A DNA stretch of 64,000 nt, taken from the NCBI GenBank assembly GCA_963764275.1, contig CAVXRV010000002.1:158799-222798 (forward strand). The letters are read 5' to 3'. The notes under the pieces are model-generated. The model did no database searches. It was not told where the DNA came from and saw nothing but the letters and a program-made list of their open reading frames with translations. Origin of the DNA: an uncultured Solirubrobacterales bacterium. Its GTDB lineage: Bacteria; Actinomycetota; Thermoleophilia; Solirubrobacterales; 70-9. Below, piece by piece: positions 38,717 through 47,601 of this stretch (position 1 is the stretch's first letter; each line of letters starts with the position of its first letter). The translations under genes were made by a program, and so were the position numbers.

Positions 38717-40129
38717 TCAGAGCGGTGCGAACTTCCCGGGCCTGTGCGTCACGGTGACGACCGTATGCTCGGTGTCGCTGTCGTCGCCGCTCACGAAGGA
38801 CCGGTTCCAGGTCCGGGTCGCGATGGTGGCATTGCTACCGGGGTTGAGTGAGAGCAAATACGTGTTCGGGAACGTTCCATCGATCTCTCCCCGGTGGACC
38901 ATTCCGAACAGCCCGGCCCAGATCGGCGCGGGGCCCGGTGGGCTGCTGTCGGGGCAGTCGCCCGTGCTGTAGCCGTGGTAGGTCTCCGTCGGGAAGCCGA
39001 CCTCGAGCTCGAGCTGGGGCGGCGGCCCGTTGATCCGATTCGAGGGCCCGTTGAACTCCCCGACCGAGACGGGGGCAGGGGTGGCGCCAACCTCGTCGAG
39101 GTGCGGGGTCTCCGTCCCTTGGACGTCGGTGCAGTCCTGGGGATCGCCCACTGTGTTGCCGGTCGCCTGGGCGTAGCTGCCCGTCGCTCGGCCCGTGAGC
39201 GGGTATCCCGCCTGCTGGAAGCTCCGCTTGATCGAGATCGCACCCGTGTACTCGTTCGTGTTCGTACCGTGCCAGGAGCCGCCGTGGACCTCGGTCATGG
39301 TCGAATCGAAGCTGACCTTGAAGCGCACGCAGGCGAACAGCTTGTCGAGCGGCACGTTTTCGGGATGCCCGGCGAGGACCATCGTCCGGTACGCGTCCAG
39401 CGCGATGTCCACTTGCGAGAGGTCGTGTTGCTGTGCGCATCTCGTCTGGGCGCGGTTGTAGATGCCTGCGAGCAGCTTGTTGACGAGGGAGAAGATGCTG
39501 AAGTCCTGGTCGAACCCCAGGAGTTGCCTTTGCTGCTCCTCTGCGAGGAGGTCGTGGATCGCCTGCTCGGCGGCGGCGTCGTCCTTCGCTCCCGGCTCGA
39601 CCTCGTTGCTGATGATGTCGGCCTTGTACTCGTCGAGGATCGATCGCGCCGAGGACAGGAAGTCGTCGTCCGAGAGGTTGCCGGCGCTCCAGTCCTGCAC
39701 CGTGCCCGACAGCAGCTGGGCGTAGAACCGGCCGTAGCCGGCCTCCCCGAGACCGTCGCCCGGGGCCCGGCGCTCGGTAGCCACTGCAGCCTTGCCGCTG
39801 CCGTGATCGAGGATCGCCACGCTCTCCAGCCCGCTGAAGCCCACGACGAGCTGTCCGTGCGACACCAGCACCGGCACCTCTTGCATGCCGCTCCCGTCTT
39901 TGGCGAAAGTGACTGCGCGCAGCCGACCGGCGGCGACCGCGTGAGCCGGCGTGATCGTCAGTGTCGCCCCGCGCACTGCGGCCATGTCCGGTGAGATCTG
40001 CACCCCCTCGATGAAGGACCCAAGCGACGAGACCTCGGCGAGGCCGGTGAGCGGCGTCATCGTCACGGTCTCTCCGCCGAACGACGTCGTGGTCCCTACC
40101 ACGAGGTTTCGGTGCCGCCGCGCGGCCAA
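38717..40129 (-). CDS. hypothetical 470-aa protein, no recognisable family
   Basis: Intact ORF. TTG 40129 lies 6 nt after GAGGGAG, which overlaps the cupin stop, so it is co-transcribed with the cupin gene. There is no signal peptide, and composition is visibly less GC-rich than the surroundings. Confidence 0.6.
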   Translation of the reverse strand: MAARRHRNLVVGTTTSFGGETVTMTPLTGLAEVSSLGSFIEGVQISPDMAAVRGATLTITPAHAVAAGRLRAVTFAKDGSGMQEVPVLVSHGQLVVGFSGLESVAILDHGSGKAAVATERRAPGDGLGEAGYGRFYAQLLSGTVQDWSAGNLSDDDFLSSARSILDEYKADIISNEVEPGAKDDAAAEQAIHDLLAEEQQRQLLGFDQDFSIFSLVNKLLAGIYNRAQTRCAQQHDLSQVDIALDAYRTMVLAGHPENVPLDKLFACVRFKVSFDSTMTEVHGGSWHGTNTNEYTGAISIKRSFQQAGYPLTGRATGSYAQATGNTVGDPQDCTDVQGTETPHLDEVGATPAPVSVGEFNGPSNRINGPPPQLELEVGFPTETYHGYSTGDCPDSSPPGPAPIWAGLFGMVHRGEIDGTFPNTYLLSLNPGSNATIATRTWNRSFVSGDDSDTEHTVVTVTHRPGKFAPL

Positions 40130-40143
40130 GGAGGGCTCCCTCG

Positions 40144-40638
40144 CTACGCGTGCTCCGGGAAGCTGTGCGGAGTGAGGCCATGCTTGGCGAAAGCGCCCAG
40201 CAGCCGGTCACGATCGAACGAGCGCGCCTCGCTCGGAAGCGTCGGCTCCTCGATCGACTCGCCGGCGTCGGCGAAGAACGCGTCGATTCCGGCCACGTTG
40301 CCGATGATCAGATAGCGCGCGGGCCCGGACCCGCTGACGCTGAACGCGTGGGCGATGCCTGCCGGAATCGAGACCGCGTCGCCCGGGCCGGCGACCTCGG
40401 TGCCGAGCTCGCCGTCCCGCTCGAAACGAAACGTGAGCTCGCCCTCGAGCACGTAGAAGCTCTCGCGCCATGGATCCACGTGGGGGCCGGGGCCGCTGCC
40501 GGGCAGCCCCTGGAGCTCCACCAGCGACAGCTCCCCCTCCGTCTCGGCGCCACCGAGCAGCTTGCTCACGGTGACGCTCCCGATCACCAGCTGGTGCGGG
40601 CCGCTTCCCGCGGGGGTGTGGGTGAGTTGACTCGACAT
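40144..40638 (-). CDS. cupin domain protein
   Basis: Intact 164-aa ORF. The cupin motifs are GPGPHVDPWRESFYVLEGEL and GDAVSIPAGIAHAF. Confidence 0.8.
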   Translation of the reverse strand: MSSQLTHTPAGSGPHQLVIGSVTVSKLLGGAETEGELSLVELQGLPGSGPGPHVDPWRESFYVLEGELTFRFERDGELGTEVAGPGDAVSIPAGIAHAFSVSGSGPARYLIIGNVAGIDAFFADAGESIEEPTLPSEARSFDRDRLLGAFAKHGLTPHSFPEHA

Positions 40639-40668
40639 GGCTGGCCTCCTGCTACCTGGTAAAGAATC

Positions 40669-40727
40669 TTGACTTACGTGAGGACTGTATAAAAATTTGA
40701 CCAGATGTCAAGTAAACTGATTTGACG
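40669..40727. promoter_or_regulatory. AT-rich divergent promoter region with TTGAC half-sites and a perfect palindrome (candidate MarR operator)
   Basis: This is the only strongly AT-rich stretch I saw in the window. TTGAC occurs at 40669, 40697 and 40722. TTGACcagatGTCAA (40697-40711) is a perfect 5-5-5 palindrome between the divergent cupin operon and marR. Confidence 0.5.
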
Positions 40728-41210
40728 AGAATGGCCGCGCGCAGATCACCGAGCAAACGCCCCTACCCGGGCGTGACCGAACCGCTGACGCCGGCGCTCA
40801 TGCGCGAGAACTACGAGTGGGCGCTCGATCGGATCTTCGAGCGCCTTCACGCAGCCGGCTTCACCGACGTGCGACCCAGTCACGCCCCCGTGATCGGCTT
40901 CCCAGGTCCCCACAAGGCCCGGCCGAGCGATCTCGTCGCGCGCACCGGGCGCTCCAAGCAGCACATCAACATCCTGCTCGGAGAGCTCGAGGGCGCCGGC
41001 TATCTCGTGCGCCGAGCCGAGGGCGAGGACCAGCGAGGCAAGGTCATCTACCTCACCGATCGGGGAATGAAGCTGGCGGCAGCGGTGAAGGAAGCCGTCG
41101 AGCAGGTCGAGTCCGACTGGCGAGAGGTGCTGGGAGCGAAGCGGTTCGCCGCGCTCAAGCGCAGCCTCGAGGAACTGCGGGCGGCGGCGAGCGGGCCACG
41201 GGACTCGTAG
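40722..41210 (+). CDS. MarR family transcriptional regulator
   Basis: The winged-helix region is PSDLVARTGRSKQHINILLGELEGAGYLVRRAEGEDQRGKVIYLTDRG. The start is TTG 40722 or ATG 40731. Confidence 0.85.
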   Translation: MTRMAARRSPSKRPYPGVTEPLTPALMRENYEWALDRIFERLHAAGFTDVRPSHAPVIGFPGPHKARPSDLVARTGRSKQHINILLGELEGAGYLVRRAEGEDQRGKVIYLTDRGMKLAAAVKEAVEQVESDWREVLGAKRFAALKRSLEELRAAASGPRDS

Positions 41211-41310
41211 GACCTATCCCTGCCCGGCGGGCGCCGGCGTCCGCGGGGGCGCGCGCCTGCGACCCGGGGTTTGCCGGGATGTGAACGCCGCGCTACCGAA
41301 GGAGACAGAG

Positions 41311-42027
41311 ATGCTGCCCGAGATCGAGGGGTTGGGGACGATCGTCGTCTGCGAGGACGACGAGCCGACGCGCGAGCTGCTCGTCGACAACCTCGAGGCG
41401 GACCGCTACCACGCCCTCGCCGCCCCGACCGCCGCCGACGCCCTCCGCTTCTGCCGCTACAGCCAGCCCGACGCGCTGCTGTTGGACCTCGCCCTCCCCG
41501 ACGCGGCCGGGCTCGACGTGCTGCGCCGGATCCGGGCCTCCGACGGGCCCGCGGCCGAGTTCGACCGCGGCCTGCCGGTGGTCGTGATCAGCGGTCGCAG
41601 CGGCGCCGAGGACCGGGTCCGCGGCCTGAGCGAGGGCGCCGACGACTACCTGATCAAGCCCTTCCACTATCCGGAGCTGCTGGTGCGCCTGCAGCGCCTG
41701 CTCGCCGACCGGGGGCGGGAGCGCAGCGGGCCGATCCGCGTCGGTCCGCTGACGATCGACGCGGCCACCCGGGAGGTCCGGGTTGCGGGTCGGGAGGTGC
41801 GGCTCGCCAACAAGGAGTTCGAGCTGCTGCGGGCGCTGGCGGCCGAGCCCGCGAAGGTGTTCACCAAGCACGAGCTGCTCCGCGACGTGTGGGGCTTTCG
41901 CACGACCGGGAGGACCCGGACGCTCGACTCGCACGCGAGCCGGCTGCGGCGCAAGCTCGATCCGGATCGCGGCCGCTTCGTCGTCAACTGCTGGGGCGTC
42001 GGCTATCGGCTTGTCGAGGCGGCGTGA
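41311..42027 (+). CDS. OmpR/PhoB-family response regulator
   Basis: ATG 41311 follows GAAGGAGACAGAG. The receiver is VVCEDDEPTRELL...DALLLDLALPD...DDYLIKPF. The winged-helix output is LTIDAATREVRVAGREVRLANKEFELLRALA...VGYRL. Confidence 0.9.
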   Translation: MLPEIEGLGTIVVCEDDEPTRELLVDNLEADRYHALAAPTAADALRFCRYSQPDALLLDLALPDAAGLDVLRRIRASDGPAAEFDRGLPVVVISGRSGAEDRVRGLSEGADDYLIKPFHYPELLVRLQRLLADRGRERSGPIRVGPLTIDAATREVRVAGREVRLANKEFELLRALAAEPAKVFTKHELLRDVWGFRTTGRTRTLDSHASRLRRKLDPDRGRFVVNCWGVGYRLVEAA

Positions 42028-42030
42028 GCG

Positions 42031-42708
42031 ATGGCTGCGCTGACCCTCGCCGCCTGGCTACTCGCGGCTGGAGTGCTGGTCGCCTGCCGCGCACGCGAGC
42101 GGCGCCGGATCCGCTCGCTGCGCGAGGCGGTGCACGAGCTCCGGCGCCCGCTGCAGGCACTCGCGCTCGGAGCCGAGCGGACCGATGAGGATCCGCTGGT
42201 CGCGCAGCTGCGCACAGCGCTCGCCGATCTCGATGACGCCGTGGCGGGCCGCCGCCCGTGCGCGCGGCGCGAATCCTTCTCGCTCGCCGAGCTGCTCGAG
42301 GACGCACGCCGGCGCTGGGTCGCCCGCGATGGGTCGGTCCGGGTCGAGGGAGCGGCGGAGGCGGTCCGGCTCGAGGCCGATCGCGTGCACCTCGGGATGG
42401 CGGTCGACAACCTGATCGCGAACGGGCTCGAGCACGGCCGTGGGCCGGTCGAGCTCGGCGCGCGCGTCAGTGACGGCTCGCTCCTGCTCGAGGTGCGCAA
42501 CGGGCGCCGCCGCGGCCGGCGGCCGCCCAAAGGCAAGGGCGAGGGGCCGCGCGGGCTCGCCGATCCGCGCCGCGGCCACGGCCTACGCATCGCCGGCCGC
42601 GTCGCCGCCGCGCAGGCGGGAGCCCTCATAGCTCCCCGCCCGGATTCCGACGGCCGGATCGTCGCGGGCGTCGAGCTGCCGCGGAGCGACGGCTCCGGCG
42701 GGCGCTGA
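42031..42708 (+). CDS. minimal sensor histidine kinase (one TM, no obvious sensor domain)
   Basis: 225 aa. The TM is AALTLAAWLLAAGVLVA, the H-box VHELRRPLQAL, the N-box DNLIANGLEHG and the G2-like box GHGLRIA. It starts 4 nt after the regulator stop. Confidence 0.75.
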   Translation: MAALTLAAWLLAAGVLVACRARERRRIRSLREAVHELRRPLQALALGAERTDEDPLVAQLRTALADLDDAVAGRRPCARRESFSLAELLEDARRRWVARDGSVRVEGAAEAVRLEADRVHLGMAVDNLIANGLEHGRGPVELGARVSDGSLLLEVRNGRRRGRRPPKGKGEGPRGLADPRRGHGLRIAGRVAAAQAGALIAPRPDSDGRIVAGVELPRSDGSGGR

Positions 42709-43409
42709 TGGCCGCCGGCGAACGCCCCCGGCGCTCGCCCGTCCGCGTGCGCCGTCGCGCCGTCGCTCTGGGGCTGTTGGCGCTCGCGTGCGCCGGGCTC
42801 TCCGCCGGGGCAGCTGCCCGGGGCGGCGACGGCGGGGAGCGGTTCGGAGCGCTGCGCACGGTCGTCGTCGCCGAGCGTGGGCTCGCGCGCGGGAGCCGGA
42901 TCGAGGCAGGTAGCGCACGCCGCACTCTGACCACGCGCCGAATCCCGTCGGCCTTCGCGCCCCCGGACGTCCTCGCGGGCCCCGAGGCGGCGATCGGATC
43001 GCGGGTGGCCGTGCGCATCCCGGCCGGCTCGTATCTGACGGCGTCCCTGCTCCGGCGCCGGGCTCCCCATGCCACGGGTCCGGCGCACCGGCTGCCCGCG
43101 GGCCTGCGCCCGGTCGAGGTCGAGGTCAGCGCGCCGCCGGGGTCGCCGGCGGCCGCGGGCTCCGCCCCCGGTTCGCGCGTCGACGTCCTTGCGGCCGACG
43201 AGCCCGGTTCGACGACCAATCCCCGCGTCCACGTCCTCGCCCGCGACGTGCGGCTGCTCGCGCTCGAGCCCAACCGCGGCGGTTCCGGTGCCGACGGCAG
43301 CAGCGGCGCCGGCGGCTGGCTGGCGACGCTCGCCCTCGACCACAGTCAGGCGCTGGCGGTGATCGAGGCCGACAACTACGCGCGCGAGGTCAGGTTGCTC
43401 GCCCGATGA
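42708..43409 (+). CDS. cpaB: Flp pilus assembly protein CpaB-like (SAF domain)
   Basis: The ATG overlaps the kinase stop (TGATG). An N-terminal TM is followed by the SAF-like VVVAERGLARGSRI and the RIPAGSYL pattern seen in CpaB/RcpC proteins. Confidence 0.7.
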   Translation: MAAGERPRRSPVRVRRRAVALGLLALACAGLSAGAAARGGDGGERFGALRTVVVAERGLARGSRIEAGSARRTLTTRRIPSAFAPPDVLAGPEAAIGSRVAVRIPAGSYLTASLLRRRAPHATGPAHRLPAGLRPVEVEVSAPPGSPAAAGSAPGSRVDVLAADEPGSTTNPRVHVLARDVRLLALEPNRGGSGADGSSGAGGWLATLALDHSQALAVIEADNYAREVRLLAR

Positions 43410-44671
43410 GCGACCGGCGCGCCGCCGACCCACGCCGGCTGCTCGACGAGCGGCTGCAGGCACTCGCGGACGAGCTGCGCGGGCGCCTGATCGATCGCCA
43501 TCGCGCGGCGGCGATCGCGGCCGGGGGAGGGGACGCTCCCGCGGTCGCCGAGCAGCTCGAAGCGCTGCTCGGCGAGGAGACGCCGCTGCTGTCGGAGCCG
43601 AGCCGGGCGCGGTTGCGCGCGCAGCTGCTTCGCGAGACGGTCGGTCTCGGCCCGCTCGAGGAGCTGCTCGCGGATCCCGAGGTCGAGGAGGTGCTCGTCA
43701 ACGGCCACCGCGAGGTCTGGGTCGAGCGCGGCGGGCGGCTCGAGCGCCTGCCGTCGGCCTTCGACAGTGAGGCGCAGCTCCACGACGTCGTCGAGCGCGT
43801 GCTCGGTCCGCTCGGAAGGCGGGTCGACGAGCTCAGCCCGATCGCCGACGGTCGCCTCGCCGACGGCTCGCGCGTGAACGTGATCATCCCGCCGCTGGCG
43901 GTGGACGGCGTCACGATCTCGATCCGCCGGTTCGCCGGGCTGCGCCCGGGACCGCAGGAGCTGATCGAGCGCGGCTCGGTCCCGGCAGAGCTCATGGAGC
44001 TGCTGAGGGCGGACGTCGAGGCGCGCCGCAGCATCCTGATCAGCGGCGGCACCGGATCCGGGAAGACGACCCTGCTCAACGCCCTCTCGGCGTTCATCGA
44101 CCCCGGCGAGCGGGTGATCACGATCGAGGACGCGGCCGAGCTGCGACTGGTGCAGCCGCACGTCGTCCGCCTCGAGAGCCGGCCGCCGGGGCTCGACGGG
44201 CGGGGTGCGGTCACGATCCGCGACCTGGTCCGCAACGCGCTGCGCATGCGTCCCGACCGGCTCATCATCGGCGAGGTCCGGGGCCCCGAGGCGATGGACC
44301 TCGTCGTGGCGCTCAACACCGGTCACGCGGGCGCGCTCTCCACCGTGCACGCCAACGGTCCGGCCGAGGCGCTGCGCCGGGTCGAGATGCTGGCGCTGAT
44401 GTCTGATTTGCGGATCGCCCCGGAGGTGCTGCGCGAGCAGCTCACCGGCGCGCTCGACCGCGTCGTGCACGTCAGCCGCCTGCCGGGGGGCTGTCGGGCG
44501 GCGGTCTCCTACGCGGAGATCCGCGGCACGGGCGCGGGCGTGGAGCTGCAGGAGCGCTGGGCCCGGACGGCGCCGGCCCGTCGGGGACGGGGGCTGACGT
44601 GGGGATCGGCCTGCCGACGCTCGTCGCCGGCGCGGGGGGCGCCGCGCTCGCGCTCGCCGCCGCCGAGCTGA
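43406..44671 (+). CDS. cpaF: CpaF/TadA-family secretion ATPase (3' end uncertain)
   Basis: ATGA overlap with cpaB. Motifs: VNVIIPPLAVDGVTISIRRF, Walker A GGTGSGKTT, ITIEDAAEL, IIGEVRGPEA, NTGHAGALSTVHAN. A TGA at 44595-44597, one frame off and 1 nt before the GTG of tadB, suggests the true stop is there. Confidence 0.9.
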   Translation: MSDRRAADPRRLLDERLQALADELRGRLIDRHRAAAIAAGGGDAPAVAEQLEALLGEETPLLSEPSRARLRAQLLRETVGLGPLEELLADPEVEEVLVNGHREVWVERGGRLERLPSAFDSEAQLHDVVERVLGPLGRRVDELSPIADGRLADGSRVNVIIPPLAVDGVTISIRRFAGLRPGPQELIERGSVPAELMELLRADVEARRSILISGGTGSGKTTLLNALSAFIDPGERVITIEDAAELRLVQPHVVRLESRPPGLDGRGAVTIRDLVRNALRMRPDRLIIGEVRGPEAMDLVVALNTGHAGALSTVHANGPAEALRRVEMLALMSDLRIAPEVLREQLTGALDRVVHVSRLPGGCRAAVSYAEIRGTGAGVELQERWARTAPARRGRGLTWGSACRRSSPARGAPRSRSPPPS

Positions 44672-45447
44672 TCTCGAGCCTGCCGAGCGTGCGCCGCTAC
44701 GTCGCCTCCGCGACGGCGGCCCTGATCAGGACCCGTCGCGAGGGGAGTCTGCCGAGCGTGATCGAGCGGCGCCGCCTCGGCGTGCTCAGCGGGGCTGCTC
44801 TCGCGTTGCTGACCATGATCGCCGCGGGCCCCGGCCCCGCGGTGGCGCTGGCCGCGCTGGGGCCGTGGGTGGCCGGCCGGCTGATCTCGCGCGGCGCTCG
44901 CCGTTACCGCCTGGCGCTCGCCGCGGCGGTTCCCGAGATCGCCCGCGGCCTCGCGGACGGGATCGGCTCCGGCGGTTCGATCCGCCGTGGGCTCCTCGAC
45001 CTCGCGCCGACCCTCGAGGGGCCCGCCGCGACGGAGCTCGGCCGGGTCTGCGCCGACCTCGAGCTCGGCGTGCCGCCCCGCCTCGCGCTCGGGGAGATGG
45101 CCGCCCGCTCCGGCTCCAACGAGGTGGGCGAGCTCGTCGCGGCGATCGCCTCGCAGGAGCGCTCGGGCGGCGACCTCGTCGGTCTGCTCGAGCGGCTCGC
45201 GGCTGCCGCCGAGGCGCGCGGGCGAGCACGCGACGAAGCGCGCTCGGCGACCGCGCAGGCGCGGCTGACGGGCGGCATGGTCGTGGCGATGCCCTTCGCG
45301 GTCGGCCTGTTGGTCGAGCTCGTCGCGCCGGGCTTCCTCGGCAGCCTGCTCGGCAACCCGCTCTCCGCGGTGCTGGTCGGCGTCGCCGTCGGGCTGCAGG
45401 TCTTCGCCTGGCTGGTCATCCAGCGGCTCGGGCGGGTGCGGACGTGA
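44599..45447 (+). CDS. tadB: type II secretion system F-domain protein, TadB-like
   Basis: 282-aa polytopic ORF with the T2SSF-like segment LPEIARGLADGIGSGGSIRRGL...ERSGGDL. It sits directly after cpaF. Confidence 0.7.
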   Translation: MGIGLPTLVAGAGGAALALAAAELISSLPSVRRYVASATAALIRTRREGSLPSVIERRRLGVLSGAALALLTMIAAGPGPAVALAALGPWVAGRLISRGARRYRLALAAAVPEIARGLADGIGSGGSIRRGLLDLAPTLEGPAATELGRVCADLELGVPPRLALGEMAARSGSNEVGELVAAIASQERSGGDLVGLLERLAAAAEARGRARDEARSATAQARLTGGMVVAMPFAVGLLVELVAPGFLGSLLGNPLSAVLVGVAVGLQVFAWLVIQRLGRVRT

Positions 45448-46283
45448 GCGCGCCCGCTGCGATCGCCGCGGCGCTGCTCGGCGCGGCGGCGCTCTACGAG
45501 CTCTGGGGCGCGTACGGCGAGGCCGCGGCCGTTGCGGTGCGGCGGCTGCTCGCCCGTGCCCGGGGCACCCCGACCGGCCGCCTGCTCCGGGCGTCGTCGA
45601 CGCCCGGGGTGGAGCGGCGGATCAGGGCCGCAGGGCTGGACGGCCGGGTCGGCGTGCGAGCCGTGCTCGCCGCCAGGCTCGTCTCGGCCTGCGCCTCGCT
45701 GCCGCTGGCCGTCTCGCTGGCCCCCGCGGCGCCCGGGCGCCTGCCGATCCTGGTCGGCTGCGCGATCCCGCTCTGCGCCGCAGCCGGGCCCGACTTCGTC
45801 CTCGAGCGCATCGCGCTGCGCCGCCGCCGGGCCATCGCCAGGGCCCTGCCTGCGGCCCTGGAGCTGATGGCCGTGCGGGCGGAGAGCGGCGCTGGACCAC
45901 CGCGGCTGCTCGCCGATGCCCGCACGGCTCTCGCCGATGGGCCGCTCCACGCGGAGCTCGCCGGCGCCTGGGCCGAGATCGAGTGCGGGACCCCGCAGTC
46001 CCACTCGCTGGCCCGGCTCGGCTCCGAGGGCGGCCCTGACCTCGCGCGGCTCGCGGTCCTGATCGAGCGCTCGCGCCGGCTGGGCTCACCGCTGGCCGCC
46101 GGCCTGCAGGCCCAAGCAGCGGCGCTCCGCACCGAGCAGGGCCGGGCGATCGGCGAGGACGCCGCCCGCGCCGCGCCCAAGATCCAGCTCGTGGTCGCGC
46201 TGCTGCTCGTCCCCTCGGTGCTGCTCCTCGTGGGCGCCGCCATCGCCGCCAACGCCGACGCGCTGCTCAGCGGGCTGGGGTAG
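45444..46283 (+). CDS. tadC: type II secretion system F-domain protein, TadC-like
   Basis: GTG 45444 overlaps the tadB stop (GTGA). The T2SSF-like segment is LPAALELMAVRAESGAGPPRLL...ERSRRLGSPL, with a C-terminal TM. Confidence 0.7.
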   Translation: MSAPAAIAAALLGAAALYELWGAYGEAAAVAVRRLLARARGTPTGRLLRASSTPGVERRIRAAGLDGRVGVRAVLAARLVSACASLPLAVSLAPAAPGRLPILVGCAIPLCAAAGPDFVLERIALRRRRAIARALPAALELMAVRAESGAGPPRLLADARTALADGPLHAELAGAWAEIECGTPQSHSLARLGSEGGPDLARLAVLIERSRRLGSPLAAGLQAQAAALRTEQGRAIGEDAARAAPKIQLVVALLLVPSVLLLVGAAIAANADALLSGLG

Positions 46284-46380
46284 GCTGATCGGGATCGAGG
46301 TGTGGAACCAACCCAGGCTCTACAAGGGCCGCCGCGGAGCTGCACGAAGTCCTTCCAGTCGCTCGATAGCGAGACTTCTG

Positions 46381-47601
46381 ATGTCCCTCGTGACCCTTTT
46401 CTCAGGACGACGACCGTCGGAGCCTCGAATCGACACCCCGCTTCGGGCTCCCGAGCAAGGCCAGCTTCAGCCCGTCGATCCGACCCTTGGTCGCAGGCGG
46501 TCCCGATGGCCCGCCCTCGAGCCAGCTAACGCCACGGTGGAGCCGGCGATGCCCGAGGATCTCTCCGACGGCATCGAGCTGCACGGCCTCGACGGAATCA
46601 CCGTGACCCCGGCGGGCGCCGATCAGGCCGACCCCCGACAGCTCGTCGGCCCCGACAAGCTCTTCTACGGCGGCGTCGGCCCCGACACCGACTTCATCGC
46701 CTCCTCGACTTCGACCGGCATGGAGGCCTTCTGGCAGCTGCGCTCCGCCGACAGCGCCGCCTCGCAGTCGCTTCATCTCGATCTGCCGCAGGGCGCCTCG
46801 ATCGAGGGCGACGGCGCCGGCGGCGCAACTATCTCCGAGGGGCAGGGTCCTATAGCCGAGGTGCCCGCTACCAACCGCACTCGACGCCGACGGCACTGCC
46901 GTGCCCGTTCACATGCGCGTCTCCGGCACCGACCTCGAGCTCGACGTCGGCCTCGACTCCGGCGACTACAGCTTCCCGATCCTCGTCGACCCGGTGATCG
47001 AGGACTACGACTGGGGCTCCGGGGCCAGCTGCCCGAGCCAGGGCACCCCGAGCGCCACCTACTGGCACTGGGAGACGTCGAACACGAGCAGCTGGGGGGC
47101 CGGCTGCAACTCCGCCACGACGAGTGGCCTTCTCAACCAGGCCCGCGCCAGCCAGCTCTTCCTCGCCAACGCCTACGCGCAGTGGGTCTGGCGCCCACCC
47201 GCCGGCACCTACATCTCCTCGGCCACCTATGACGGCGTCCGCCACGTCTCAGGTGGCGGAAGCTGCCTCGGCGCCATCCAGCTGCTGATGCCCAACAACG
47301 TCGTGACCACCGCCGCCGCCCAGGAGTGGGCTCCGCACGCGTCCTTCACCCTCGGCGACAGCCACGATCCGACGGTCACCTCGCATCCGACCCCGACCGG
47401 GACTGGGCCGGCGACGGCACCAAAGCCAATCCGGCGACCCTCAGACGTCAGCGGTCGATGCGCCGCGCATCGATGTTCATCGTTCACAGGCTCCAGGACG
47501 TGCCGCGGGCAGACGCGGCGCTGTTTGGAACGCTTGGCAAGCCGGCGGATGAGACACTCCGGCGGCTGGCCGCAAACCAAAAGACCCAATGCGGCGGATA
47601 G
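46381..47601 (+). pseudogene. hypothetical protein, read across at least two frames; boundaries tentative
   Basis: Protein-like text is split between ORF 46300..47232 (ELHGLDGITVTPAGADQADP...), ORF 46901..47668 (VHMRVSGTDLELDVGLDSGDYSFPILVDPVIEDYDWG...) and ORF 47326..47601. No family recognised. Confidence 0.3.
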
